A DNA stretch of 64,000 nt from Escherichia phage a48. The notes under the pieces were generated by a model that saw nothing but the letters and a program-made list of their open reading frames with translations, was not told where the DNA came from and ran no database searches. A program made the translations under genes and the position numbers. This document shows, in pieces, positions 46,913-57,784 of the stretch (position 1 is the first letter of the stretch; every line of letters begins with the position of its first letter). The stretch is from the sequence record OQ067375.1; one strand, given 5' to 3'.

Positions 46913-46999
46913 TGGTGGGGAGTGGTGGAGTCGAACCACCCGAGTCGCAATGACAATGGATTTACAGTCCACACCGCTACCTCTACGGGATAACTCCCC
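46913..46999 (-). tRNA. tRNA-Tyr (anticodon GUA), class II with long variable arm, CCA encoded
   Basis: Hand-folded: acceptor GGGGAGT/ACTCCCC (7 bp), anticodon stem-loop GTGGA-CTGTAAA-TCCAT, long variable arm, T-arm GGTGG-TTCGACT-CCACC. Confidence 0.7.
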
Positions 47000-47008
47000 T
47001 AATTAATT

Positions 47009-47085
47009 TGGTGACCCAGACCAGATTTGAACTGGTAACCTTTCCCTTATGAGGGGACTGCTGCTAACCATTGAGCTACAGGGCC
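47009..47085 (-). tRNA. tRNA-Ile (anticodon CAU; Met assignment not excluded), CCA encoded
   Basis: Anticodon loop CTCATAA, T-arm ACCAG-TTCAAAT-CTGGT; one acceptor-stem mismatch. Confidence 0.75.
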
Positions 47086-47086
47086 T

Positions 47087-47162
47087 TGGTGCTGATTGAC
47101 GGAATCGAACCGCCGACGTCCTCATTACAAGTGAGGTGCTCTACCTACTGAGCTAAATCAGC
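47087..47162 (-). tRNA. tRNA-Thr (anticodon UGU), CCA encoded
   Basis: Minus-sense GCTGATTTAGCTCAGTAGGTAGAGCACCTCACTTGTAATGAGG...GGTTCGATTCC...CACCA. Confidence 0.9.
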
Positions 47163-47164
47163 AA

Positions 47165-47251
47165 CGGAGGCGATAGGATTTGAACCTATGAGTCGCCGGA
47201 GCGACTGCCGGTTTTCAAGACCGGTGCATTAAACCACTCTGCCACGCCTCC
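47165..47251 (-). tRNA. tRNA-Ser (anticodon UGA), class II, CCA not encoded
   Basis: Minus-sense GGAGGCGTGGCAGAGTGG...CCGGTCTTGAAAACCGG...GGTTCAAATCC; 2-nt spacer to tRNA-Thr. Confidence 0.9.
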
Positions 47252-47253
47252 AG

Positions 47254-47327
47254 TCTCCGTGGCAGGATTTGAACCTACGACATTCTGCTCCCAAAGCAGA
47301 CGCTCTACCAAACTGAGCTACACGGAG
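47254..47327 (-). tRNA. tRNA-Pro (anticodon UGG), CCA not encoded
   Basis: Minus-sense CTCCGTGTAGCTCAGTTTGGTAGAGC...TCTGCTTTGGGAGCAGA...GGTTCAAATCC. Confidence 0.9.
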
Positions 47328-47337
47328 TAAATTAAAT

Positions 47338-47411
<74 letters not shown>

Positions 47412-47416
47412 AAATT

Positions 47417-47503
47417 TGGTGCGAGAAGTGGGACTCGAACCCACAAGGAAATCATTCCGCAGCATTTTAAGTGCTGTGCCTTTACCAATTTGACCATTCT
47501 CGC
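47417..47503 (-). tRNA. tRNA-Leu (anticodon UAA), class II, CCA encoded
   Basis: Minus-sense GCGAGAATGGTCAAATTGGTAAAGGCACAGCACTTAAAATGCTG...GGTTCGAGTCC...CACCA, matches T4 tRNA-Leu. Confidence 0.9.
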
Positions 47504-47504
47504 G

Positions 47505-47577
47505 CTGGGAATAAAGGACTCGAACCTTTGCATCTAGCAGTCAAAGCGCTATGCCTTACCAACTTGGCTAATTCCCA
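47505..47577 (-). tRNA. tRNA-Gln (anticodon UUG), CCA not encoded
   Basis: Minus-sense TGGGAATTAGCCAAGTTGGTAAGGC...GCTTTGACTGC...GGTTCGAGTCC; abuts tRNA-Leu. Confidence 0.9.
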
Positions 47578-47674
47578 ATTATTAACAAAGGCTCTCAAAC
47601 AAGAACCCTTGATGATAGAGGGTATTAATCAGTGCGGTATGAGTTAATAATAACAAATAATTCTTAAAGCATAT

Positions 47675-47962
47675 TTACCATTTATGATGATACGTATTTA
47701 CGATACATTCAAGACACAAAGGATTCTTGAAAATATCATATTCAAGAGGACCTTTTTCTGTTTCAATAAAGAAATCAAAATTTACTGTATTAAATTTACG
47801 GTCTTCCTTCACTAATTTAACTTGAGAAGATGAACGGTCAATGTAAACCTTTTCAACTTCAAAACATGTTAAAATGCCATAATCATCAATCAAGGCTTTA
47901 GCTGCTTCTTGATCATATTTATATCCATTTTCAATGGATGATACTTTCGCATAAAGAATCAT
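47675..47962 (-). CDS. hypothetical protein
   Basis: 95-aa ORF. Confidence 0.45.
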   Translation of the reverse strand: MILYAKVSSIENGYKYDQEAAKALIDDYGILTCFEVEKVYIDRSSSQVKLVKEDRKFNTVNFDFFIETEKGPLEYDIFKNPLCLECIVNTYHHKW

Positions 47963-47964
47963 TA

Positions 47965-48363
47965 TCAGCCTTCATCAACAATAGTGTGAGTATTAGCATT
48001 TACGATTTGCCACCAATCAAAGCGATTAGAATCCATCGGTTTGTTTTCATTTTCTTTGATAATGTCACGGAGTTCATCTTCAGAGAATGCTTTAGCGATT
48101 AAATCGGTATACCCACCACGTGGATAATAATTATCACCTGCAAACAAAAGGAAATTTACCTTCCCGGAAGGAACATACGCTTCCTTAGGATACTTGTTTC
48201 CTGCGTGGTCAACCACTTCAATATAACGGTAAGGAATATCGGTTCTTTCAACCCATTGCCATGCCGCTGCAGGGGAATCGAAAGCATCTACACCTAAACG
48301 ATTATCTTCATCTTTAGACGGATTATTTTCGTAATCCGCATATACATAATATTCAACGTTCAT
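47965..48363 (-). CDS. hypothetical protein
   Basis: 132-aa ORF. Confidence 0.5.
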   Translation of the reverse strand: MNVEYYVYADYENNPSKDEDNRLGVDAFDSPAAAWQWVERTDIPYRYIEVVDHAGNKYPKEAYVPSGKVNFLLFAGDNYYPRGGYTDLIAKAFSEDELRDIIKENENKPMDSNRFDWWQIVNANTHTIVDEG

Positions 48364-48548
48364 TATTCACCTTTAGAAATTTTATCCATAACAATAGCAA
48401 TTAAACCAATTAAAAATGCTACTACAAGTGAAAACACATTTTCTGCTGTAGTCAATAATCCACATATAAATCCAACAAACATTGAAAAACTAAAAGCGGA
48501 AGCAGAAATTGCAATAGCAACATTTCGAATTAATTCACAACGTTTCAT
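48363..48548 (-). CDS. small membrane protein
   Basis: 61-aa hydrophobic ORF downstream of an early promoter. Confidence 0.4.
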   Translation of the reverse strand: MKRCELIRNVAIAISASAFSFSMFVGFICGLLTTAENVFSLVVAFLIGLIAIVMDKISKGE

Positions 48549-48575
48549 TTTATTCTCCTCAGTAGTAGATAGGGT

Positions 48576-48606
48576 AATAGTATCACTACCCTATCTAAAA
48601 GTAAAC
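48576..48606 (-). promoter_or_regulatory. T4-type early promoter
   Basis: taatagtatcac ... gtaaac block (one of three near-identical copies) upstream of ORF 48363..48548. Confidence 0.5.
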
Positions 48607-48840
48607 TTATTTTTTACGAAAAATTGATTTATTTTCTGCTGCCCATTTTTCAATAACTGCAGCAGGACCAGTAACAACAATTTTATCACCGTAATCTTCT
48701 GCGGCGAGTTGACCGAAATTATCTAATGCATCACGAAGAACTCCATGAGGCATTTCACCCATTTTATCTTTCTTGCCAGTGTAAATAAACTCAACTTTTA
48801 CATCAGCAGTTTCAGCAATAAATTCTTGGTAAGTTTTCAT
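48607..48840 (-). CDS. internal-protein-like protein with capsid targeting sequence
   Basis: 77 aa from MKTYQEFIAETADVKVEF (ORF track gives 81 aa with upstream Met); early promoter upstream. Confidence 0.6.
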   Translation of the reverse strand: MKTYQEFIAETADVKVEFIYTGKKDKMGEMPHGVLRDALDNFGQLAAEDYGDKIVVTGPAAVIEKWAAENKSIFRKK

Positions 48841-48872
48841 TTTGATTTCCATTTGGTTTTGTTTTGATAGGG

Positions 48873-48904
48873 TAATAGTATCACAACTAAAACCCTATGT
48901 AAAC
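48873..48904 (-). promoter_or_regulatory. T4-type early promoter
   Basis: taatagtatcac ... gtaaacaactttgtgaaattattttaaatc upstream of the internal-protein-like gene 48607..48840. Confidence 0.5.
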
Positions 48905-48916
48905 AACTTTGTGAAA

Positions 48917-49174
48917 TTATTTTAAATCTTCTAATCGTTTCTTCATCTTAGAACCATTTTTAGCAATTTCTCCTGCATCGGAGCATAATGCTAAAAGTGC
49001 TTTAACTTTAGTTTGGTCTCCTTTAAAAGATGAAGGATCGACCGCAGCAGCAAGTTCTTTAATACGAGAGAAAAGACGCTCAGCTTCAGCTAAAGCCATT
49101 CCAAGCTTTACTTCCATACCGTGGGAAGATTCAGTGATAGTAGTTTTTGTAGCAAACTCTTTGAAAGTTTTCAT
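48917..49174 (-). CDS. internal-protein-like protein with capsid targeting sequence
   Basis: 85-aa ORF MKTFKEFATKTTITE...; occupies the ipI position upstream of 57B. Confidence 0.55.
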   Translation of the reverse strand: MKTFKEFATKTTITESSHGMEVKLGMALAEAERLFSRIKELAAAVDPSSFKGDQTKVKALLALCSDAGEIAKNGSKMKKRLEDLK

Positions 49175-49203
49175 TTTTATTTTCCTAATTAATTTTGATG
49201 AGG

Positions 49204-49234
49204 TAATAGTATCACTACCTCATCAGTATGTAAA
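49204..49234 (-). promoter_or_regulatory. T4-type early promoter
   Basis: taatagtatcac ... gtaaacaactttgtgaaattattttaaatc upstream of the internal-protein-like gene 48917..49174. Confidence 0.5.
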
Positions 49235-49247
49235 CAACTTTGTGAAA

Positions 49248-49932
<685 letters not shown>

Positions 49933-49933
<1 letters not shown>

Positions 49934-50658
49934 TATAGTACCTTTAGTGTATTTTTAATTTTAGAAAAAAGTTCTTCAAGAGAACCATCGTTTGTAATTA
50001 CTAAATCGCCATCACGAATTGGCAATCCAGCTTCTGTAATATGTGTATCATTGGATTTTTGACCAGGACGAACTACATGAATTACTGTAGCACCCATCGC
50101 CCTAGCCGCATCCATTTCATGATCTTGACGGGTATCAGGAACGATATAATAATCATAACCTGAGTTAAATTTATCAAGATAATCTAAAGCAAATAATTTT
50201 ACCCAGTACATGCGGTCGAAGTTATTAACAATCAAATCCGTACCTAGGGCTTGCATCAGACGACGGACTGACCATTGATCTTCAATATTATTTATAACGT
50301 CAGTAATTTTGTTAAATGCTACGAAATTAACTGATTCTTTTCCTTCGTCATCAAAAACAAACACACCTTTAATTGGGCTTTTACCATTAAGATAGCAAAA
50401 TGCTTGTTCCATAATCGTGATTACTTCTAATTTAGTCAGATTTAAATTAGTCTCACGATCATAGTCAATTCCTTCAAACTCTTTACGAGTTAAGCAAGGA
50501 TAGTCAGTGTTTGCTGCAAATACACCCCATGCATAAGCCAATGCATCCTTAATAGGACCAGCAAGTTGGTATTTAACTGCAGAATAATTACTCATGATAA
50601 AATCAGCAGTAGTATCTTTTCCACTACGCTTTACACCGCTTAAAAAGATTAGTTTCAT
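49933..50658 (-). CDS. 1: deoxynucleoside monophosphate kinase
   Basis: 241 aa from MKLIFLSGVKRSGKDTTADF (P-loop); ORF track's longer start lacks a ribosome-binding site. Confidence 0.93.
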
Positions 50659-50707
50659 GTGTTTCTCCTCAAATTTAATTAAGATTATAACACACAAAAC
50701 TGAAGCA

Positions 50708-51238
50708 TTAAACTTCTGCTATAATTTTACCATCTTTTTCTACTTGAAAATAGGTGTAAGGAATCGTTGCTGTACATACTAAAGCCGGGTCTGAATCTTC
50801 CGTGTAGCTAAATTCTACTTCAGATAGGTCAGAAACCCAAGGCTTATAAAAATTTATTGACATCACGATTTCAGTTTTACTATTATCTAAAATGTAAAGC
50901 GTAATGTATTCAGGACCTGTTTTTTGGGCAGTATTTTCGCCTGTAAGATAGTTACTAGTTCCTAGCATCCATTCATACATTCCTATCCACGACTTAAGCT
51001 CTTCGTCAACTATAAATCTCACGATGAGTGGATCGTACTCAAATGTAACACCTGGACGTTGTGCTCGACCAAGTCCAAACGGCCCAGTCACGGTATCAGT
51101 AACAGGTATTCTAATTCCTGGAATAGGAACTGACTGAGCATTTAAAGTAAAAGCAGATGTAGTATTACTATGTGGTATTGATACTACAAAGTTAGTTGTA
51201 TTTGCTTGGTTAAAAATTTGTTGCAGAGCTTGCGACAT
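50708..51238 (-). CDS. 3: tail completion / sheath stabiliser protein
   Basis: 176 aa from internal start MSQALQQIFNQANTTNF, matching T4 gp3 length. Confidence 0.9.
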   Translation of the reverse strand: MSQALQQIFNQANTTNFVVSIPHSNTTSAFTLNAQSVPIPGIRIPVTDTVTGPFGLGRAQRPGVTFEYDPLIVRFIVDEELKSWIGMYEWMLGTSNYLTGENTAQKTGPEYITLYILDNSKTEIVMSINFYKPWVSDLSEVEFSYTEDSDPALVCTATIPYTYFQVEKDGKIIAEV

Positions 51239-51344
51239 ATATTCCTCATAATGCTTTATAACTGTTGGTGGTATAATGGGTCTAAGTCCCTTCCATTCAA
51301 TTCCATTTAGAACAAACAACAGAAAAGAATGGAAGATAATAGAA

Positions 51345-52169
51345 TTAAATATTTGACCAGACTTTGTTTGCAGAGAAACGTTTTCCTTTTGAAACGAACT
51401 GCTGAAGTGGCATTAACACAACGTTCGCCCAGTCTTTCGGGGCGATTTCAACAAGGCTACCCATAATATTACCAGGTATATATGCCTTAATCATTTGGTC
51501 TGCACCCCTAAATCCTTTCACTTGACTCCAATCAATTTTTAATTTCGTTTTATTAGTAATAGTAGGTGTATTTGAATATTGCTTTAAAAGCTCTTCTAGG
51601 AATTGCTGGCGAGCTTTAGGTGGAATATAGTGCAAGTTCAATCCGTACATTAAATTATGCTTACCTAAACCAAGGTAAATTATCAAAGGAAATTTATCCC
51701 AGTAAGGAAGAGTTTCCTTGTGTTTAGCATCATAAGCAAAAGCATATATTCGTCCCGGCTGCGGGCGAACAACTTTATGTCCTTTTACTTGCTTAATAGT
51801 TTCAGCAAACCACTTTCTGGTTTTATTATTAATTGCTGCGCCTTCATTACGAATTTTATCGCGCAATGTTTGTCTGAATGAATTTATCATAAGCAGTTGT
51901 CTTTCTTGCTTATTGAGTTTATTCATTGGTTTTGATTCAAGCTTTTGAATCTTTTCAGCCGTTTTAATTCCTGAAGCATATTTTGACATTGCTGAAGTAA
52001 ACGTAGAGTATTTGATTCCTCTTTCTTCAGCAAATTGCTTTCCGGTCATTCCTTTTGCTTTGGCCTTTTTATATTCAAGACCTATCTGAATCCATTTCTT
52101 TTCGTTTAATGATTGCTTAACCTTTGGAACTTGGGGAGTGCTTTCATTAATTATTTGAAAAATAGCCAT
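51345..52169 (-). CDS. 2: DNA end-protector protein
   Basis: 274-aa basic ORF between 3 and 4, length as T4 gp2. Confidence 0.9.
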   Translation of the reverse strand: MAIFQIINESTPQVPKVKQSLNEKKWIQIGLEYKKAKAKGMTGKQFAEERGIKYSTFTSAMSKYASGIKTAEKIQKLESKPMNKLNKQERQLLMINSFRQTLRDKIRNEGAAINNKTRKWFAETIKQVKGHKVVRPQPGRIYAFAYDAKHKETLPYWDKFPLIIYLGLGKHNLMYGLNLHYIPPKARQQFLEELLKQYSNTPTITNKTKLKIDWSQVKGFRGADQMIKAYIPGNIMGSLVEIAPKDWANVVLMPLQQFVSKGKRFSANKVWSNI

Positions 52170-52621
52170 TATGCCCCCTTAAAGCCAAGAGCTCGTAATC
52201 CATCTTCTGTTAAAATTCTAAATTTTATTCCACGCTTTTCAGCTAAAGCTTGAGCTGCTTTCCATTTGTCAGTATTAACGGAATATGTATAAATTTCATT
52301 CATAAATCTTTTCTTCGCTGCAGTTGTTAGATGTGCTGGTTTAACTGGTGGTTGTGTTTCTTTTTTAGGTTTTATTTCAATAAAAAATTCTTGTCCAGAA
52401 GAATCTTTCATCCAAATATCCATGAAGTATCTACGTTTTTTCCCTTCTGCATTACAAAAATAAGGAATTACTGCTGTTTCACTACCCCATGCAATAATTT
52501 CTGGATTTTTATCTAACCATTCAAAAAAGAATTTTTCCCAATTTGATCTATACGTAATTTTTTTAGGGTCACCTCTATACTTTGATATATTTTTAGGAAC
52601 CCATTTTCCAGAATATGCCAT
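52169..52621 (-). CDS. 4: head completion protein
   Basis: 150-aa [39 protein letters not shown], length as T4 gp4. Confidence 0.9.
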   Translation of the reverse strand: MAYSGKWVPKNISKYRGDPKKITYRSNWEKFFFEWLDKNPEIIAWGSETAVIPYFCNAEGKKRRYFMDIWMKDSSGQEFFIEIKPKKETQPPVKPAHLTTAAKKRFMNEIYTYSVNTDKWKAAQALAEKRGIKFRILTEDGLRALGFKGA

Positions 52622-52632
52622 TGGATTCTCCT

Positions 52633-52640
52633 TATAAATA
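52633..52640 (+). promoter_or_regulatory. late promoter (TATAAATA) for gene 53
   Basis: Exact TATAAATA ~30 nt upstream of the gene 53 ATG. Confidence 0.65.
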
Positions 52641-52647
52641 GATAATA

Positions 52648-52655
52648 TATTTATA
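52648..52655 (-). promoter_or_regulatory. late promoter (TATAAATA) for gene 4, divergent from the gene 53 promoter
   Basis: Plus-strand tatttata ~27 nt upstream of the gene 4 ATG at 52621. Confidence 0.55.
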
Positions 52656-52668
52656 AACAGGAGGGCCC

Positions 52669-53259
52669 ATGCTCTTTACATTTTTTGATCCGATTGAATA
52701 TGCGGCCAAAACGGTGAATAAAAACGCGCCGACTATTCCTATGACAGATATTTTTAGAAACTATAAAGACTATTTTAAACGCGCTCTTGCGGGATACCGC
52801 TTACGTACTTATTATATCAAAGGTTCACCACGCCCGGAAGAATTAGCAAATACTATATATGGAAATCCACAGTTGTATTGGGTTTTATTGATGTGTAATG
52901 ATAATTATGACCCGTATTATGGATGGATTACTTCACAAGAAGCAGCTTATCAAGCATCTATACAAAAATACAAAAATGTAGGTGGAGACCAAATAGTATA
53001 TCATGTGAATGAGAACGGTGAAAAATTTTATAATTTAATATCATACGATGATAATCCATATGTTTGGTATGATAAAGGTGATAAAGCTAGAAAATATCCT
53101 CAATATGAAGGAGCACTTGCTGCTGTTAATACGTATGAAGATGCTGTTCTTGAAAATGAAAAACTTCGTCAAATAAAAATAATAGCAAAATCAGACATTA
53201 ATTCATTTATGAACGACCTTATACGTATAATGGAGAAATCTTATGGAAATGATAAGTAA
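52669..53259 (+). CDS. 53: baseplate wedge protein
   Basis: 196-aa ORF preceded by late promoter TATAAATA, length as T4 gp53. Confidence 0.93.
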   Translation: MLFTFFDPIEYAAKTVNKNAPTIPMTDIFRNYKDYFKRALAGYRLRTYYIKGSPRPEELANTIYGNPQLYWVLLMCNDNYDPYYGWITSQEAAYQASIQKYKNVGGDQIVYHVNENGEKFYNLISYDDNPYVWYDKGDKARKYPQYEGALAAVNTYEDAVLENEKLRQIKIIAKSDINSFMNDLIRIMEKSYGNDK

Positions 53260-54970
53260 TAACCTCAACTGGTTTGTTGGTGTTGTTGAAGATAGAATGG
53301 ACCCATTAAAATTAGGTCGTGTTCGTGTTCGTGTGGTTGGTTTGCATCCACCTCAAAGAGCACAAGGTGATGTAATGGGTATTCCAACTGATAAATTACC
53401 ATGGATGTCAGTTATTCAACCTATAACTTCTGCAGCAATGTCTGGAATTGGAGGTTCTGTTACTGGACCGGTAGAAGGAACTAGAGTTTATGGTCATTTT
53501 TTAGACAAATGGAAAACTAATGGAATTGTCCTTGGCACGTATGGTGGAATAGTTCGCGAAAAACCGAATAGACTTGAAGGATTTTCTGACCCAACTGGGC
53601 AATATCCTAGACGTTTAGGAAATGATACTAATGTATTAAACCAAGGCGGAGAAGTAGGATATGATTCGTCTTCTAACATTATCCAAGATAGTAACTTAGA
53701 CACTGCAATAAATCCCGATGATAGACCACTATCAGAGATTCCAACCGATGATAATCCAAATATGTCAATGGCTGACATGCTTCGCCGTGATGAAGGATTA
53801 AGACTAAAAGTTTATTGGGATACTGAAGGATATCCGACAATTGGTATTGGTCATCTTATCATGAAGCAGCCAGTTCGTGATATGGCTCAAATTAATAAAG
53901 TTTTATCAAAACAAGTTGGTCGTGAAATTACTGGAAACCCAGGTTCTATTACGATGGAAGAGGCGACGACTTTATTTGAACGTGATTTGGCTGATATGCA
54001 ACGGGACATTAAATCACATTCTAAAGTAGGACCAGTCTGGCAAGCTGTCAACCGTTCTCGTCAAATGGCGTTAGAAAATATGGCATTTCAAATGGGTGTT
54101 GGCGGTGTAGCTAAATTTAACACAATGTTAACTGCTATGTTAGCCGGAGATTGGGAAAAAGCATATAAAGCCGGTCGTGATTCATTGTGGTATCAACAAA
54201 CAAAAGGCCGTGCATCCCGTGTTACCATGATTATTCTTACGGGGAATTTGGAATCATATGGTGTTGAAGTGAAAACCCCAGCTAGGTCTCTATCAGCAAT
54301 GGCTGCTACTGTAGCTAAATCTTCTGACCCGGCTGACCCTCCTATTCCAAATGACTCGAGAATTTTATTCAAAGAACCAGTTTCTTCATATAAAGGTGAA
54401 TATCCTTATGTGCATACAATGGAAACTGAAAGCGGACATATTCAGGAATTTGATGATACTCCTGGGCAAGAACGATACAGATTAGTTCATCCGACTGGAA
54501 CTTATGAAGAAGTATCACCGTCAGGAAGAAGAACAAGAAAAACTGTCGATAATTTGTATGATATAACCAACGCTGATGGTAATTTTTTGGTAGCCGGTGA
54601 TAAAAAGACTAACGTCGGTGGATCAGAAATTTATTACAACATGGATAATCGTCTTCACCAAATAGATGGAAGCAATACAATATTTGTACGTGGCGATGAA
54701 ACTAAGACAGTTGAAGGCAATGGAACTATCCTAGTTAAAGGTAATGTTACTATTGTAGTTGAAGGTAATGCTGACATTACAGTTAAAGGAGATGCTACCA
54801 CTTTAGTTGAAGGAAATCAAACTAACACAGTAAATGGAAATCTTTCTTGGAAAGTTGCTGGGACAGTTGATTGGGACGTTGGTGGTGATTGGACAGAAAA
54901 AATGGCATCTATGAGTTCTATTTCATCTGGTCAATACACAATTGATGGATCGAGGATTGACATTGGCTAA
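53243..54970 (+). CDS. 5: baseplate hub / tail-associated lysozyme and cell-puncturing spike
   Basis: 575-aa ORF; central lysozyme domain (DEGLRLKVYWDTEGYPTIGIGHL) and C-terminal VxGxxxxx beta-helix repeats. Confidence 0.96.
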   Translation: MEMISNNLNWFVGVVEDRMDPLKLGRVRVRVVGLHPPQRAQGDVMGIPTDKLPWMSVIQPITSAAMSGIGGSVTGPVEGTRVYGHFLDKWKTNGIVLGTYGGIVREKPNRLEGFSDPTGQYPRRLGNDTNVLNQGGEVGYDSSSNIIQDSNLDTAINPDDRPLSEIPTDDNPNMSMADMLRRDEGLRLKVYWDTEGYPTIGIGHLIMKQPVRDMAQINKVLSKQVGREITGNPGSITMEEATTLFERDLADMQRDIKSHSKVGPVWQAVNRSRQMALENMAFQMGVGGVAKFNTMLTAMLAGDWEKAYKAGRDSLWYQQTKGRASRVTMIILTGNLESYGVEVKTPARSLSAMAATVAKSSDPADPPIPNDSRILFKEPVSSYKGEYPYVHTMETESGHIQEFDDTPGQERYRLVHPTGTYEEVSPSGRRTRKTVDNLYDITNADGNFLVAGDKKTNVGGSEIYYNMDNRLHQIDGSNTIFVRGDETKTVEGNGTILVKGNVTIVVEGNADITVKGDATTLVEGNQTNTVNGNLSWKVAGTVDWDVGGDWTEKMASMSSISSGQYTIDGSRIDIG

Positions 54971-55499
54971 TATACTTCCAATGAGCGCTGATTTAGGAGA
55001 ATCCATGGAAGGTTCTTCTATCGACGTCACCTTTACCGCTCAATTAGAAACAGGTGAAACGTTAGTATCTATAAATATAACTAGTTACGAAGAAACTCCT
55101 GGGGTTTTAGTAGAAGAAAATCGCTTATACGGAACATATGAATCTGTGTTTGGATTTGGAAATGACGCGTTGAAATATCGTTTAGGCGATGAATTTAAAA
55201 CTGCTGCTTCATGGGAAGAACTTCCTACTGATTCTGATACTCAGTTGTATTTGTGGAAAGCTCCTCAGAACCTCCAGAAGACATTCACTTACGAAGTAAC
55301 ATTAATATATGACTACCAAGAACAAAGTGAATCTGGAGGTTCTGGCAGTAATTCTAGGTCATCCTCTGATACTACTGAACCGACGGATCCTCCTGCTCCA
55401 GTAAGAAAAACTCTAGTTAAAAATTACACAAAAACTATAGTTGGAAATTGGAGTCGTTGGGCTAATAAATTAAGAAGCTATGTGTATGAGAGGTCATAG
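54942..55499 (+). CDS. hypothetical protein (5.1-like)
   Basis: 185-aa ORF between 5 and the PAAR tip protein; start may be the internal Met near 54981. Confidence 0.6.
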
Positions 55500-55793
55500 A
55501 TGTCAGGATTAAGTTATGATAAGTGTGTTACTGCTGGCCATGAAGCATGGCCTCCAACAGTTGTGAATGCCACACAAAGTAAAGTATTCACTGGAGGAAT
55601 TGCTGTTCTCGTAGCAGGTGATCCAATTACAGAACATACAGAAATTAAAAAGCCATATGAAACACATGGCGGAGTGACACAACCCAGAACTTCTAAGGTA
55701 TATGTCACTGGAAAGAAAGCTGTTCAAATGGCTGATCCAATATCATGCGGTGATACTGTGGCTCAGGCATCATCTAAAGTATTCATTAAATAG
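55500..55793 (+). CDS. 5.4: PAAR-repeat spike tip protein
   Basis: 97-aa ORF between 5.1 and 6, as T4 gp5.4. Confidence 0.8.
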
Positions 55794-55801
55794 GATTTAA
55801 A

Positions 55802-57784
55802 ATGGCAAATACCCCTGTAAATTATCAATTAACAAGAACAGCAAATGCTATTCCCGAGATATTCGTCGGGGGTACGTTTGCTGAAATAAAACAAAACCTC
55901 ATTGAATGGCTTAATGGCCAAAATGAATTTTTGGATTATGATTTTGAAGGCTCAAGATTAAACGTTCTGTGTGACCTTTTGGCTTATAATACATTGTACA
56001 TTCAGCAGTTTGGTAATGCTGCTGTGTATGAAAGCTTTATGCGTACTGCTAACTTACGAAGTTCAGTTGTTCAAGCTGCACAAGATAACGGATATTTACC
56101 TACTTCAAAATCCGCTGCGCAGACCGAAATTATGTTAACATGCACCGACGCATTGAATAGGAATTACATTACTATTCCTCGCGGAACTCGCTTTTTAGCA
56201 TATGCAAAAGATACTTCTGTTAATCCATATAACTTCGTTTCTACCGAAGACGTTATTGCTATTCGTGATAAAAATAACCAATATTTTCCGCGTTTAAAAT
56301 TGGCCCAGGGACGTATAGTAAGAACTGAAATCATTTATGATAAATTAACACCTATTATCATTTATGATAAAAATATTGATAGAAACCAGGTTAAATTATA
56401 TGTTGATGGAGCGGAATGGATTAACTGGACGAGAAAGTCAATGGTTCATGCTGGTTCAACATCAACGATTTACTATATGCGTGAAACTATTGATGGAAAC
56501 ACTGAATTCTATTTTGGTGAAGGTGAAATTTCTGTTAATGCTTCTGAAGGAGCTTTAACTGCCAATTATATCGGAGGTCTTAAACCTACTCAGAACTCTA
56601 CGATTGTTATTGAGTACATCAGTACTAATGGTGCTGACGCGAACGGAGCAGTCGGATTTTCATACGCAGATACATTAACAAATATAACTGTCATCAATAT
56701 TAATGAAAATCCAAACGATGACCCAGATTTTGTTGGGGCAGATGGCGGCGGTGATCCAGAAGATATTGAGCGTATCCGCGAATTGGGTACTATTAAACGC
56801 GAAACCCAGCAACGCTGCGTAACTGCGACTGACTATGATACATTCGTTTCAGAGAGATTTGGTTCTATTATTCAAGCAGTTCAGACTTTCACTGATTCTA
56901 CTAAACCTGGTTATGCATTTATTGCTGCTAAACCTAAATCAGGTCTGTATTTAACTACTGTACAGCGTGAAGATATTAAAAATTATCTCAAAGACTATAA
57001 TTTAGCTCCTATTACGCCATCAATTATTTCTCCTAATTACCTTTTTATTAAGACTAATTTAAAAGTCACATATGCTTTAAATAAGCTGCAAGAATCCGAA
57101 CAGTGGCTCGAAGGTCAAATAATTGATAAAATTGATCGTTATTATACCGAAGATGTAGAAATTTTTAACTCATCTTTCGCTAAATCTAAGATGTTGACAT
57201 ATGTAGATGATGCAGATCATTCTATCATTGGCTCATCCGCGACAATTCAAATTGTTCGTGAAGTACAAAACTTCTATAAAACGCCTGAAGCAGGTATTAA
57301 ATACAATAATCAAATAAAAGACCGTTCTATGGAATCTAATACGTTTTCATTTAATTCTGGACGAAAGGTTGTAAATCCTGATACTGGTTTAGAAGAAGAT
57401 GTATTATATGACGTTCGCATAGTATCAACAGACCGAAATTCTAAAGGAATTGGTAAAGTTATTATTGGTCCATTTGCTTCTGGCGATGTTACAGAAAATA
57501 AAAACATTCGTCCATATACAGGAAACGATTTTAACAAATTAGCAAATTCTGATGGACGCGACAAATACTATGTTATCGGTGAAATAAATTATCCAGCTGA
57601 TGTGATTTATTGGAATATCGCTAAAATTAATTTAACATCTGAAAAATTTGAAGTTCAGACCATTGAATTATATTCTGACCCAACCGATGATGTTATCTTT
57701 ACTCGCGATGGTTCACTGATTGTATTTGAAAATGACTTACGTCCACAATACTTAACTATCGATTTGGAGCCTATATCACAATGA
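55802..57784 (+). CDS. 6: baseplate wedge protein
   Basis: 660-aa ORF, length and order as T4 gp6. Confidence 0.95.
   Translation: MANTPVNYQLTRTANAIPEIFVGGTFAEIKQNLIEWLNGQNEFLDYDFEGSRLNVLCDLLAYNTLYIQQFGNAAVYESFMRTANLRSSVVQAAQDNGYLPTSKSAAQTEIMLTCTDALNRNYITIPRGTRFLAYAKDTSVNPYNFVSTEDVIAIRDKNNQYFPRLKLAQGRIVRTEIIYDKLTPIIIYDKNIDRNQVKLYVDGAEWINWTRKSMVHAGSTSTIYYMRETIDGNTEFYFGEGEISVNASEGALTANYIGGLKPTQNSTIVIEYISTNGADANGAVGFSYADTLTNITVININENPNDDPDFVGADGGGDPEDIERIRELGTIKRETQQRCVTATDYDTFVSERFGSIIQAVQTFTDSTKPGYAFIAAKPKSGLYLTTVQREDIKNYLKDYNLAPITPSIISPNYLFIKTNLKVTYALNKLQESEQWLEGQIIDKIDRYYTEDVEIFNSSFAKSKMLTYVDDADHSIIGSSATIQIVREVQNFYKTPEAGIKYNNQIKDRSMESNTFSFNSGRKVVNPDTGLEEDVLYDVRIVSTDRNSKGIGKVIIGPFASGDVTENKNIRPYTGNDFNKLANSDGRDKYYVIGEINYPADVIYWNIAKINLTSEKFEVQTIELYSDPTDDVIFTRDGSLIVFENDLRPQYLTIDLEPISQ

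Noticed and set aside
47581-47670. Promoter for the tRNA operon upstream of tRNA-Gln
   Set aside because: No clear GTTTAC / TATAAT pair with correct spacing by eye; the promoter probably lies further upstream or is a middle-type promoter I cannot score reliably.
50708-51319. Longer N-terminally extended versions of genes 3 (203 aa), 1 (254 aa), 62 (194 aa), 44 (324 aa) and segB (257 aa) given by the ORF track
   Set aside because: Internal ATGs give products matching the T4 protein lengths as I recall them and have better ribosome-binding-site context; the segB extension would overlap a tRNA gene.
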